Position numbers and translations under genes: made by a program. Below are positions 1 through 49,704 of a DNA stretch of 64,000 nucleotides, one piece after another (the first letter of the stretch is position 1; every line of letters begins with the position of its first letter). The DNA lies in the NCBI RefSeq assembly GCF_009914755.1, contig NC_060940.1. One strand, given 5' to 3'. The stretch comes from the human T2T-CHM13v2.0 reference genome, Homo sapiens. Under the pieces are notes generated by a model, which saw nothing but the letters and a program-made list of their open reading frames with translations, did no database searches and had not been told where the DNA came from.

Positions 1-110
1 ACAGCCTCTTGTCTCTCCATCTGCAGGTTGGTGTGGTTCTGCAAGCCCCAGCGCAGGGCAGTGAAGCACAACGGGAAGAAGACGCAACCCACTGCGAACA
101 GCAGGGTCAT
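1..110 (-). CDS. TLCD3B: Alternative N-terminal coding exon of TLCD3B/FAM57B (TLC-domain ceramide synthase-like protein); runs off the window start
   Basis: Minus strand from ATG at 110 reads MTLLFAVGCVFFPLCFTALRWGLQNHTNLQMERQEA(V)..., resembling from memory the alternative FAM57B N-terminus (mouse MALLFLLGCVFFPLCF..LRWGLQN...MERQEAV). Polypyrimidine tract plus CAG acceptor at about 117-140; synteny with ALDOA. Confidence 0.8.
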   Translation of the reverse strand, partial: MTLLFAVGCVFFPLCFTALRWGLQNHTNLQMERQEA

Positions 111-366
111 GCCTGCCTGCAGCCAAGAAGGCAGAAAAAGACGGCCATGAGAACACCTCAACACAACACCCTCAGACCCCCCAGCAGCCTTCTTCACCCC
201 CAATGAGGCAAGCCCCAAGAGACCCATCCATCTGTGGCCATTGAAAGCCACCAGGCAAACCTCTTCTCTAAGCTCCTAGCATCCTTATTACTCTTTTAAT
301 ATTCCTCATCCGGGGCAATTCGACATCCTAATTATCCCAATTTTTTGTTTTAAACACTCAATTTAG

Positions 367-633
<267 letters not shown>

Positions 634-1199
634 TGATCTGCCCGCTTCGGCCTCCCAAAGTGCTGGGATTACAGGCATGAGCCACTGCACCCAGCTCCTC
701 CTACTCTTAAACTCCACCATTTTCCATCTTCTGCATGCCCCGCCCGCCGCCCACCCTAAGTCACCTCTACCTTCTCCCCAGTCCTCACCTCAGAGGGACA
801 GGTTGGAAGACAGAAAGGGAGGTTGATGTTTCTCCTCAGCACCCAGAACTTGGAAAAAGGAAGGGAGGGGGTTGTCAAGATATTTGGAACTTTAAAATGA
901 CATTTGTTGAAAAAACAAAATAAAGCCAAAGCGATTGTTGTTCCATTAAAAAAGAAAACAAAAGAAATAACAGGTGCAAGCCTGAAACTACATATATTTA
1001 CATAGATATCATTTTTGTTTAGAAAGACCTCCCCTCCCATCTACTCTGGGGAGCAGAGGTGTGGAGCAGGCACAGGCAGGATGAAGGGAACCAGGTCCTG
1101 CCATCCTGCCTTCCTGAAGTGTCTTCCAAGGGACCTTCTCGGGATAAAAGGAAGGTGTCAAACTGCAAAGGCACGAGGCTGCTCTGTAGAGGCAGTTGG

Positions 1200-1420
1200 G
1201 GAGGGCAGGAGTATGCTCTTCCATTGGTGGAGTGGCTAGAAGATGCCATCCTCCTAATGGCCCGCCAGTTGATACATGTGCCCTATCATTTGCTTCCTGT
1301 GGGGGCTGGGGGGCGGTTCCAGCAAGCCTTGCCTAGAATTGGCCAATTAGAATCCATTGGTGACTTGATGGACAGCTATGTTTCAGGGAGAGGGCTCAAA
1401 GAAAGAAAAGGAGAGGGGAA
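1200..1420 (-). promoter_or_regulatory. Candidate alternative TLCD3B promoter with clustered CCAAT boxes
   Basis: Unique sequence with ATTGG at 1223-1227, 1338-1342 and 1356-1360, CCAAT at 1343-1347 (palindrome AATTGGCCAATT 1337-1348), about 1.2 kb upstream of the TLCD3B exon. Confidence 0.35.
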
Positions 1421-1532
1421 ATAAGAGCAGGTGCAGGGCCGGGCGTGGTGACTCACGCCTGTAATCCCAGCACTTTGGGAGGCTGAGGCGAGTGGGTCAC
1501 CTGCGGTCAGGAGTTCGAGACCATACTGGCTA

Positions 1533-1873
<341 letters not shown>

Positions 1874-2013
1874 CTACAAAAAATTAGAATAATAGGCCGG
1901 GCACGGTGGCTCCCGCCTGTAATCCCAGCACTTTGGGAGGCCGAGGCGGGCAGATCACGGGGTCAGGAGATCGAGACCATCCTGGCTAACACGGTGAAAC
2001 CCTGTCTCTATTA

Positions 2014-2301
<288 letters not shown>

Positions 2302-2529
2302 TCAAGGCTGTAGTGAGCTATGATCATACCACTGCACTCCATCCTGGGCAACAGAGTAAGACCCTGCCCCCCAAAAAAGTAGTCCTAAGTAATTATTGAT
2401 TTAAAAGGCGGTGTAGGATAAAAGGTAAAGAAGGCCATTTCTACTGTGGGTGTACATGGACTTCAAATTCAGAGTCCACAGATAATCAAAGAAACATTTC
2501 ACTTCCCTATTGCTGAAATAAAGAAACAA

Positions 2530-2760
2530 ATAAAGAAACACACTGTATGGCTCTGTTTACATCAAATTCAGAAAAGCAAAACATCTATCATGAAAAATCT
2601 GAACAGCGTTTAACTTGGGGAAGGTATTGACTGGGAGGAGACCCCAGGGAACCTTCTGAAGTGTTGGAAATGGCCTTATATTGATCACCAGTGTATACAT
2701 ATGTAAACATTCTCGAGGCATCCTCTTAAAATGTGTGCCCCTTAAGTGAAGCTGCAGTTT
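2530..2760 (+). mobile_element. Old L1 (L1M/L1ME-type) 3' end fragment
   Basis: Resembles ancient L1 3' UTR motifs (ttgactgggagg...gggaaccttctg...gttggaaatg...tatattgat...tatacatatgtaaa). Confidence 0.45.
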
Positions 2761-3739
2761 TTAAAATTCTAAATTTAGGCTCTTCCTTTCTCTGAATGAT
2801 GGTGGGCAAAGCCTTTATGGGCCTCAATTTCTTCATCTGTGAGGTTGGGTTAATAATTAGTGTCACATCATTAAATGCTGCTTAGACTACAGGTCAGACA
2901 TTGATCTGCATTCTCTGACTCTAAAAGAAAAAAAAAAGGCCAAGTGTGGTGGTGCACACCTGTAGTACCAGCACTTTGGGAGGCCAAGGCAAGAGGATCA
3001 CTTGAGGACAGGAGGTTGAGGCTGCAGTGAGCTTTGATCACGAGACTGCACTCCAGCCTTGGGCCACAGAGTGCGACTCCGTCTCTAAAAAAATCAATTA
3101 AGGGCTGGGCGCAGTGGCTCACGCCTGTAATCCCAGCACTTTGGGAGGCCAAGGCGGGCAGATCACAAGGTCAGGAGTTCAAGACCAGCCTGACCAACAT
3201 GGTGAAACCCCATCTCTACTAAAAATACAAAAATTAGCTGGGCATGGTGGCATGTGCCTGTAATCCCAGCTACTTGGGAGGCTGAGGCAGGAGAATCGCT
3301 TGAACCTGGGAGGCGGAGGTTGCAGTGAGCTGAGAAGCCGAGATCACGCCACTGCACTTCAGCCTGGGCGACAGAGCGAGACTCTGTCTCAAAAAAAAAA
3401 AAAATTTAATTAAAAATATCAAGTCATTTATCCAAAGCAACCTTGTGGGTAGGGATTATTACTGCACCTCTGTTTTACAGATCAGAAAACAGAGGCACAG
3501 AGAGGTTTGGTACCTTGTCCAAGGTTAAACAGTCAGGAAGTGAATAAAAATTTTTTAAAATCATATTTTCTGAATTTATTTGTCCCTATAATGTTAGGCA
3601 GATATAGAAAACATAAACTTATTTTCCTAAGGAACTGAAAGGCTTTTTTAAAAAGGAGGGAAAAAACACCACTGAATACAATTTAGACATCCTCATTCAT
3701 ATTTTCAGAACTTATCCTTCTCCTCCTCCTTCCTCTAAT

Positions 3740-3777
<38 letters not shown>

Positions 3778-4482
3778 TGGAGGTTCGCTCTTGTTATCCA
3801 GGTATCCAGGCTGAAGCGCAATAGTGCAATCTCAGCTTACCGCAAACGTCGCCTCCCAGATTCAAGCGATTCTCCTGCCTTAGCCTCCCGAGTAGCTGGG
3901 ATTACAGCCATGCGCCACCACGCCTGGCTAATTTTGTATTTTTAGTAGATATGGGGTTTCTCCCTGTTGGTCAGGCTGGTCTCGAACTCCTGATCTCAGG
4001 TGGTCTGCTCACCTCAGCCTCCCAAAGTGCTGGGATTACAGGTGTGAGCCACTGCGCCCGGCTTCTTCCTCATATTCTTTTGAGACAGGGTCTCACTCTG
4101 TTGTCCAGACTGGAATGCAATGGCATGATCCTACCTCATTGCAGACTCAAACTTCTGGACTCAAGCAATCCTCCTTAGCCTCTGCCTCAGCCTCCAGAGT
4201 AGCTGGGACTACAGGTGTGCACACAACACTCAGCTAATTTTTGTATTTAAAAAAAAATTTTTAGCTATGTTCTATGGAAAGGAATCTTTGTACTTTTTAT
4301 AGAGATGGGGTCTTGCTATGTTGCTCAGGCTGGTCTTGAACTCCTGGCCTCAAGCAATCCCCTTGCCTTGGCCTCCTAAAGTGCTGGGATTACAGGCATG
4401 AGCCACCATGCTCGGCCAGTGTTTGCTTCTTTAGCTACTTTATTTTCTTCCCTCTGGATGGGACTCTGAAAATTAAAAGTTA

Positions 4483-4665
<183 letters not shown>

Positions 4666-4775
4666 TCAGGAGGCTGAGGCAGGAGAATTGCTTGAACCCA
4701 GGAGGCGGAGGTTGCAGTGATCCGAGATGGTGCCACTGCACTCCAATCTGGGCAACACAGCAAGACTTTGTCTCA

Positions 4776-4815
<40 letters not shown>

Positions 4816-6146
4816 TATGAAAAGATCCTGAGCTGGGGTCTGAAACCAGGCAGCCTGCCCTGCTATTTGCCCAGCTCCTGCATAGCTCATTGTGAGGACT
4901 AAATCATGCCAATGCATAGAAACTACAATACTTCACACGGTAGCCAGTAGCCAGTTACTGTCATTCTGAGCACCCACTGTATGCCAGGCACCAGGCTGAA
5001 ATACTTTATATACATGTTCCCGTTTAATCATCTATGCCACCTTACAAATAACTTCCTCATTTTACTGCTGAGAAATCTGAGTCTCAGAAAAGTTGAATGA
5101 CATGCTTCAGACCATACAGTACATGACAAAATCGGTAAATGTGACCGCTGCCTTCCAAGTCTGGAGAAAAGGAGGCGAAGAGAGGGGAAGGCATGAGGGG
5201 AGGAGAGAAGGTGGGAGAGGGAAAAAGGGGAAGAGAAGGGATGAGAGTAGGAGAGGCAGAAGGAGTGAGGAGGAGTAGCACCCCTCTGCAGTTATTTTCT
5301 TTTTCTTTTTTTTTAAATTTGAGACAGAGTCTCACTCTGTCACCCAGGCTGGAGTGCAGTGACACAATCACAGCTCACTGCAGCCTCCACCTCCCGGGCT
5401 CAAGTGATCCTTCCACCTCAGCCTCCTGAGTAGCTGGGATGACAGGCGTGCACCACCACACCTGGCTAATCTGGGGAGGTTTTTTTTTCTAGAGATGGGA
5501 TCTTGCTATGTTGCCCAGGCTGGTCTTCAACTCCTGGGCTCAAGCGATCCTCCTGCTTCAGCCTCCCAGAATTCTGGGATTACAGGCGTGAGCCACTGAG
5601 TGTGACCAGGGATGGTCATTTTCCTCTGCACCTGTGCTTACCCTAGACAAGAAAATGTGGAAGGGAGGAAAGTTTACAGGCCATGAGCTGGTTAGAGTCA
5701 GGCCCGAGTCTCACTGGAATCTGGACTCTCTCCTACATTTCTTCCTTTCCTTGTCGATTTCTTCTTGTTGAGAGCAAAACAGTCCAAGGCTGCACAGGCT
5801 TGTCTGAGAGAGAAAATATGAGAGGAGAAAATTGTGGTTTTGAGCAATGGCTTTAAATTTTTTTAATAGTGACCCACAAGAGATATCTTTTATTTTATTT
5901 CTTTATGTATTTATTTTTTGTTTGTTTGTTTTGTTTTTTTGAGACAGAGTCCCACTCTGTTGTCCAGGCTGGAGTGCAGTGGCACAATCTCAGCTCACTA
6001 CAACCTCCACCTCCTGCGTAAATGATTCTCCTACCTCAGCCTCCCAAGTAGCTGGGATTACAGGTGCATGCTACCACGCCTGGCTAATTTTTGTATTCTT
6101 AGTAGAGACACCATATTGGCCAGGCTGGTCTGAACTCCTGACCTCA

Positions 6147-6433
<287 letters not shown>

Positions 6434-6598
6434 TTATTTTGTGACTGCAGTTCATGCACCCACACGTTGAATGGAAAACCTTTGCACAACACATTCTGAC
6501 TTACTATATGCAGTGCCCTGTGGAATTTTCTAGACCATTTTTCCACCAAATATTGATCATGACCCATTAAGCCAATTTCACTGCCCACTAGTGGCTAA

Positions 6599-7213
<615 letters not shown>

Positions 7214-7482
7214 TAGGATTAGTTCCATTTTGCAAGTGATTAAGTGGAAGCTGAGAGGTTATATTAATTATTGAAGATTGAAATGGCTGGCAATTAGACT
7301 GGGAATCCAGAAACTTACCAATATCCTAACTCAGCCTCTAGCTTCTCCAAACCTTTGTTTCCCCACAAAAAAAAACCTCAGTTATGGTCAGTTATGGGTG
7401 TTTTTTGTTGTTGTTATTGTTGTTGTTGTTTTTCTCTATTTGACCTAATAAGAGCAAACATTAGGCCAGGCACAGTGGCTCA

Positions 7483-7823
<341 letters not shown>

Positions 7824-8349
7824 CTAACATAATATCCACAATAATCTTAAGACAGACATACTGGGGTTTTTGTTTTGTTTTGATTTTTGAGACGGGGTCT
7901 CTCATTTTGTCTCCCTTGATGAAGTACACTGGTACGATGAGCTCACTGTAACCTCAAATTCCTGTGCTCAGGGGATCCTCCTGCCTCAGCCTCCCAAGTG
8001 GCTGGGACTACAGGCTCTCAGGCTCATCACTACCAGCTTATTTTTTAAGTTTTTCCTACAGATGGGGGTCTCGATTTGTTGCCCAGGTTGGTCTCAAACT
8101 CCTGGCCTCAAGCATTCTCCTACCTTGGCCTCCCGAAGTGCTGGGATTATAGGCACAAATCACGTGTCAGGTGAGACATACTCTCAGTCACTGTTCGGAT
8201 GAGGAAATTGAGGCACAGAGAGGTTGTGTGGCTTGCTCAAGGTCATGCAGGTAGAAAGTGGCACAAGCGGGGATTTGAACCAAGTAATCTGATTTTCAGA
8301 GCACAGGTTGTGCGTTTTGTTTTGTTTTTCACCATGTATTATTTTTTGA

Positions 8350-8454
<105 letters not shown>

Positions 8455-8639
8455 TGAGTAGCTGGGACCATAGGCAAGCCACCACCATGCACGGCTAATT
8501 TTTTGTATTTTTGGTAGAGACAGGGTTTCGCCATGTTGCTCATGCTGGTCTCAAACTCCTGAGCTCCAGCAATACGCCCGATCCTCCTGCCTCGGCCTCA
8601 CAAAGTGCTGGGATTATAGGTGTGAACCACCATGGTTAG

Positions 8640-8939
<300 letters not shown>

Positions 8940-8974
8940 TAAACTAACCATGTACTTTATTTTCTTTCATTTGA

Positions 8975-9316
<342 letters not shown>

Positions 9317-9740
9317 TGATAAACAGAAGGTAACAAAAAATATACAAAATGAAAACACATTTTATAACATTCTAGCTAGATACTATGGGCAGCTGCTCAT
9401 TCTGAACTGGAGGCTGGCTCTCTCCTTGTTCAAAAAAGAAAGATCAGGCCGGGCGCAGTGGCTCAAGCCTGTAATCCCAGCACTTTGGAGGCCGGCGGGC
9501 GGCGGGGGGGTGCGGATTAACTAAGGTCAAGGGTTCGAGACCAGCCCCTGGCCAATATGGTGTAACCCCATCTCTACTAAAAATATAAAAATTAGCCGGG
9601 CGTGGTGGCATGCACCTGTAATCCCAGCTAGTCAGGAGGTTGAGGCAGAAGAATTGCTTGAACCCAGGAGGTGGAGATTTCAGTGAGCCAAGATCGTGTC
9701 ACTGTACTCCAGCCTGGGCGACAAAGCAAGACTCCATCTC

Positions 9741-9773
<33 letters not shown>

Positions 9774-9894
9774 AAAAAGATAAGCACAGAGAGAAAGGTG
9801 TTAAAGGGTTTCTGGCAGCAAATTGAGAGTTTCTCCTGCAGTAATCAGAAGCGTTGAAAGGGAATTGGAAAGAGAAAGAGAGTAGCTTGTTCAG

Positions 9895-10402
9895 GGTGTG
9901 TGTGTGGTGTGTGTGTGATGTGTGTGGTGTGTGTGTGGTGGGGTGTGTGTGGGGTGGGTGTATGGGGTGTGTGTGTGGTGTTTGTGTGTGTTTGTGTGTG
10001 TGGTGTGTGTGTGTGTGGTTTGTGTGTGTGGTGTGCGTGGGTATGGTGTGTGTGGTGTGTGGTGTGTTTGTGTAGTGTGTGTGGTGTGTGTGTGGTGCAT
10101 GTGTGGTGTGTGTGTATTTGTGTGTGTGGTATGTGTGTTTGTGTGGTGTGTATGGTGTGTGTGTGTGGTGTGTGTGGTATGTGTGGTGTGTGTGTGTGGT
10201 GTATGTGGTGTGTGTGTGGTGTATGTGGTATGTGTGTGGTGAGTGGTGTGTGTGTTTGTGTGGTGTGTGTGTGTATTTGTGTGTGGTATGTGTGTTTATG
10301 TGGTGTGTGTATGGTGTGTGTGTTGATGTGTTTGGTGTGTGTTTGTGTGTGTGTGTGTTGTGTGTGTTTGTGTGTGTGGTGTGTGTTTGTGTGTGTGTGT
10401 GT
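9895..10402. repeat. About 510-bp degenerate (TG)n / (TGTGG)n simple repeat
   Basis: Almost pure G/T alternation with GG, TA and TT interruptions; source of the spurious T/H-rich and C/V-rich ORFs. Confidence 0.97.
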
Positions 10403-10554
10403 CTTCTTGCTGACATACCACCTAAAATAAACCCAAGATGGGATGCACCACATACTCTGAACCCTTGTCGGGTGGTTAATGGGTGTTCAGGACATCCCAG
10501 CAGAGGAAGGGAGACACACCAGCCTGTCCTGGCCTGGGTGTGCAGCCAGAAAGC

Positions 10555-18010
<7,456 letters not shown>

Positions 18011-18143
18011 CAGCCATGGCCTCAGTTTCCCCAAACAGGAAAGGGAAGGAGGGTGGGCACCCCGGTCTAACGGTGCCTCTCAGCCTCTGAGACCCAGAAC
18101 CTTCCTTCTGCAGCTCCCGGACTGACTGGCTCTGCCCTTCCCC

Positions 18144-28488
<10,345 letters not shown>

Positions 28489-29069
28489 GGACCCAGGGCC
28501 CCTGCCCTCTGGGGAGCGGCCAGCCCCCAGGGCCCATGTGCCCTCCTCCCTGAAGAGCCTTTCCCCACGCCACTGGAACCACAGATGGCCTGCCGAGCAC
28601 CCAGGCCTGGGAACTGGAAGTGGCAGCGCAGGGCCTGGCTCCCTGCAGGGCAGGACTCTTGGCCGGCTGGACGGCAGCTCCTCTGGAGGGCCAGAAAAGA
28701 GAGGGGCTAGTGCTCGGGCAGGTGCCCTGGCTTCCCTTCCCCTCCACACGTCAACGATTCTATTTGAAGTTGGGCAGGGGGGTGGCGCTGCTCACCACAC
28801 ACAAGTGTTATAGGAGGAGTCTGGCCCTTGAGTACCGGGTACGCAGGGGTGCCTCAACCACACTCCGTCCACGGACTCTCCGTTATTTTAGGAGGTGAGT
28901 GTAGTGCCAGTATCTACTCTCCTTCTTAAAAAAAACCAGGGCTCCAGAGAATCAGAACAGCCACCATCACCGCAGGGAGTCAAGGGAGGAGGGAGATTAG
29001 AGAAGGAGCCAGGGAGGGTGGCAGGGAGGCCACGTGATCCGAGTCCCCTCACCCCTTTCCTTCCCACAG

Positions 29070-29151
29070 GTCCCTGGCCAAAGATTTATTTCTCTTGACA
29101 ACCAAGGGCCTCCGTCTGGATTTCCAAGGAAGAATTTCCTCTGAAGCACCG
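29070..29151 (+). other. ALDOA: ALDOA upstream non-coding exon (N-type leader), preceded by an exon ending at 28894
   Basis: Acceptor ccttcccacag|gtc, donor CCG|gtgagt; upstream donor GAG|gtgagt at 28894/28895. Confidence 0.8.
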
Positions 29152-29249
29152 GTGAGTGGGCAGGGGCTCCCTCCCCATCAATAGGGCCGACCCAAGTCTT
29201 CCTCCCCCTTCCCCCATGCCGGGCCCCACGATAGTGTGAATGTCAGGGG

Positions 29250-29430
29250 CTTCAGGTTTCCCTAAATATAGGTCCCTGCCAGAGGATCCGTGGCGGGAAA
29301 AGGGCAGGGGTCATTAGAGAAGATCGGGGACACATGTGGGGCGGGCAGGAGCTGCCTTATAACCAGCCCGGGAACCCCTAGCTCACTCGCTGCTGACCAG
29401 GCTCTGCCGGCTCCTTCGGCCTCGCCGCAG
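29250..29430 (+). promoter_or_regulatory. ALDOA: ALDOA muscle promoter (pM) and non-coding exon M (about 29385-29430)
   Basis: MEF3/SIX site TCAGGTTTC 29252-29260 adjacent to MEF2-like CTAAATATAG 29262-29271; TTATAA 29357-29362; donor CAG|gtgggc at 29430. Confidence 0.8.
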
Positions 29431-29619
29431 GTGGGCCCCTTGCAGGACCGGGCCGGGGTGGGGATGGGGTTGGGGTTGGGCCAACAGGGTCCAGATGGGG
29501 TCCAGGTGAGGAGGGGAGATTTGGACGATAGGAGCAGGGGGCTCAGCATCTGGGAGGCAGATCAGTTCGGGGACGGATTTTCTTTTGGAGAAGGAAGTCA
29601 GGCTCAAGGAAGACGTTTG

Positions 29620-31200
29620 GCAGGAACTGTGACCCCGCATGCCAGAGGCCGAGCAGCGGCCGGTGCATAGCCGCGCATTCTGGTTTTCTGTGGCGCAGAG
29701 GACTACCAGCCTGGCTGCGGCGGCCCGGCGGAGAGCGCGCACGCATGCGCGACCCAGCCCGGCCTGCCAGCCTGGAACTCGGATGGGGAGGTCTCGCCTC
29801 CGCGCGCCGCTAGTTCCGCCGCCTTCTCGCGCTCCCTGCGTGTCCTCTCGATGCCCTTTCCTCCGCCTCCCTTACGCCTGGGCCAGTGACAGGGTGTCGG
29901 CTCCGCGCCGATTCAGCCCGCGGGCGAGGCAGGCTAACGCACGACTGCGCGATGTGGCCCCTATGGTGACACGCGCTGCAGCCGCGAAGACCGGAAGCTG
30001 GGGCGGCCCCGGGCCGCGCGCGCTGGGCCTGGGAGGCGAAACTCAGCTTCCTTCGTTTCCGACTTTTCCATCCGCGTCCTCCACTTCCCCGTTCCGCCCT
30101 CCCCCATTGCCAACATTCTGGCTGAGTCACGGCGCCCCAGAGCGCGCCAGGCTGGGGGAAAGGAGCAGAAGGGAGGGCCCTAGCGACCCGCGGGATGTGG
30201 TCCGAGTCACGTCCGAGGGGGGTGGGGAGGGATCGTGTTCTCGGCGCCCGCCCCTTCCTAGCGCGGCCTCTGGGCTGCGCCTCTCGGGGGCGGCCCGTAG
30301 CCCAGTCCGTCGCCTGCCATTGGACGCCGCCCGCTCCTCGTAAAGGAAAAAGCTCGGCGGAGGGCGGAGTGGTGCCTTTAAAAGGCCGGGCGCCGCCTTC
30401 CGCCTGCCCGCCTCCTGCGCCGCCCCTTCCGAGGCTAAATCGGCTGCGTTCCTCTCGGAACGCGCCGCAGAAGGGGTCCTGGTGACGAGTCCCGCGTTCT
30501 CTCCTTGAATCCACTCGCCAGCCCGCCGCCCTCTGCCGCCGCACCCTGCACACCCGCCCCTCTCCTGTGCCAGGTGAGCGCCCCTCTTCACGTGCGGGGA
30601 CCAGGGACCGTGGAGAGGGATCTTGGGGGCAGTGGCGGGTTGGGCGTCCGCGTGGAGGCCTCCCCCATCCCATGCCAGCGTCTCCCCACTACCAGGCACA
30701 CACAGGCTCCCCGGCCCCTCCAGCCTGAGGTCCTCTAACTGCGCAATGCAGCGGCTGCGCGCGCTGAGTCATGGCGGGGGAGGAAGCCGGACGAGATGAA
30801 GGACCATTCTCCCCCTTTTCTTGCAGGGACCCCTGTGGCAAAGGATTAGGGCCCCTTAGCCCTGGCGGGGATCCTAAGAGGCAGTGAGGGGTGGGGGCCG
30901 GCCCATGTACAGCCCCAGGGTTCTCGCAAGTGGGAGCTTGGTTTCTGTCCTGGGAAACGGGGCGCCCTTCGCGAGGAGGGAAACCCCTCCGCGGTGCTTG
31001 ATGCCCCCTTAACACTTTCCCTGTCTCTCCTTATCGGGCGACCTTGATTCTGAGCCCGGAACAGCTGCAGCCATGCGAAGCGACGGGAGCATTTTTCAGG
31101 GGAAGGCGCTTGCTCCTCCACGTTCTTGCCCCGTAGGAACAGTGACGATGGCAAAGCTTACCGCTTTCCTCGCCTCGGGCTAGGGCTTGTTCCGCCGCCC
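29620..31200 (+). promoter_or_regulatory. ALDOA: ALDOA CpG island / housekeeping promoter (pH) with non-coding exon H (about 30410-30573), HIF and AP-1/ARE motifs
   Basis: CpG-rich, GC boxes; TTTAAAA 30377-30383; donor CAG|gtgagc at 30573; RCGTG cores at 30208-30212 and 30589-30594; GCTGAGTCA at 30121-30129 and 30763-30771; NRF1-like ACGCATGCGC 29741-29750. Confidence 0.85.
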
Positions 31201-31303
31201 TTTCCTGGGCTTCTCCTTGCTCTCTTATATTTTTCCTAATGCCCCTTTCCTACCACCCGCCCCCTCCCTTGTGGGGAAAAGCCTGACCTTGGGATGTCCT
31301 TGA

Positions 31304-31699
<396 letters not shown>

Positions 31700-31852
31700 T
31701 AGCAAAGGGAAGTTGGGCGTAAGAGAGAGCTGGGGACCAGAAGTGCCCCAGGGCCTGCTGGGTGTGGGGCAGGGGAGGTAGGGAACATTTCCCTGACCTC
31801 CAGGAGAGGGGCCCTGCTCATCGGGAGATGATGGGAAACCCTAGCTAACTAG

Positions 31853-34857
<3,005 letters not shown>

Positions 34858-35036
34858 GCGGAGGTGTTCCCAGGCTGCCCCCAACACTCCAGGCCCTGCC
34901 CCCTCCCACTCTTGAAGAGGAGGCCGCCTCCTCGGGGCTCCAGGCTGGCTTGCCCGCGCTCTTTCTTCCCTCGTGACAGTGGTGTGTGGTGTCGTCTGTG
35001 AATGCTAAGTCCATCACCCTTTCCGGCACACTGCCA

Positions 35037-35042
35037 AATAAA
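35037..35042 (+). terminator. ALDOA: ALDOA polyadenylation signal
   Basis: AATAAA about 180 nt after the stop, followed by a GT-rich element (gtgtcttgtggtgt) near 35071. Confidence 0.9.
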
Positions 35043-35463
35043 CAGCTATTTAAGGGGGAGTCGGCCGTCCGTGTCTTGTGGTGTCTAATGCAGGGGAGGG
35101 CCTGGGGAGGTAGCAGAGCCCAGAAGAAGAAAGAGCCCCTGTTCTCTGTTTTTTCTGGGCAGAAAAGGAGTGAAAGGTGGAAGGACCTTCCTGCTCTGTT
35201 TTATACTTGGCCAGGGCTTCAAGAAAGGCTGAGAGCTTGTGACATTTTCTTCCAGCCACTGCAGGCTCTGCCCCTTCACCTAACAGCATAAGATAGGGCT
35301 AACAGTTGGGGAGTATGGTTGTAACTGCTCATGTCTTAGGAGGCTTCAGCCTCAGCACTTTTAGGTCCAGAACTCAAGGGGGGCAGAAGACCCCTGTGAC
35401 AAAAACCCACTAACTAGCTCATGAGTGACATGAGCCAGGCAACATAATGGGTGTTTTATATGA

Positions 35464-40395
<4,932 letters not shown>

Positions 40396-40654
40396 AAGAC
40401 AGTTGTTTAAACATTTTTATGAAATGATATGGGAGGGGACTGGTCTAGGGTTTCTAATAGCCTCCACATCGCCCAGCGGCAGAGCCCACAAAACTGCCAC
40501 TGGCCGCCACCGGGTTCCTCCACCTCCTTCCCGATCTCAGGCTGGAGAAGTGGTGCAGGGGTCGCTGCGAAAGGAGAGGAGCGTGTATGACGCCACATCC
40601 GGCGCGCGGCGGAACTGGCCTCCTTTGCTTCCGCGGCGGGGCCGGAAGTAGGAG

Positions 40655-40678
40655 CGGCGGCGGCGGCGGCGGCGGCGG
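40655..40678 (+). repeat. (CGG)8 in the PPP4C 5' UTR
   Basis: Counted directly. Confidence 0.95.
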
Positions 40679-41024
40679 TCGAAAGCGGAGTGAAAGAGGG
40701 AGGCAGGGAGCCGGAGAGCCGGAACCGGAGTCGCAGCGGCGGTAATAGTGCGAGACTCCTCTAAGTCACCGTCCTTAGCGCGGGACCGCGGGGTTCGACG
40801 GGAGTTAGCGGGGGTGCGGCCAGGCCGTTGGACGCCGGGGGGTCCTGGGGCCGATGTGAGGGGAGGCGGGGGTGGGGGAGCCGGGCCGGCTCTAGAATCG
40901 AGTTGTCCGCTCCGAGCCCCGGACGGACACTGATCCGCGGGCTCGTCTTGGCCTTTCCCAGGAGACCCCTGTGCGGTGCGGAGGGGGCGGCGGCCCCGAC
41001 TCTGACCCGCGCCGGGGGTGGGCC

Positions 41025-49704
<8,680 letters not shown>

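Noticed and set aside
29639-30699. 234-, 287- and 190-aa R/P/G-rich ORFs
   Set aside because: Stop-poor CpG-island sequence of the ALDOA promoter; the same applies to ORFs at 16971-18386, 55407-56899 and 60632-61306
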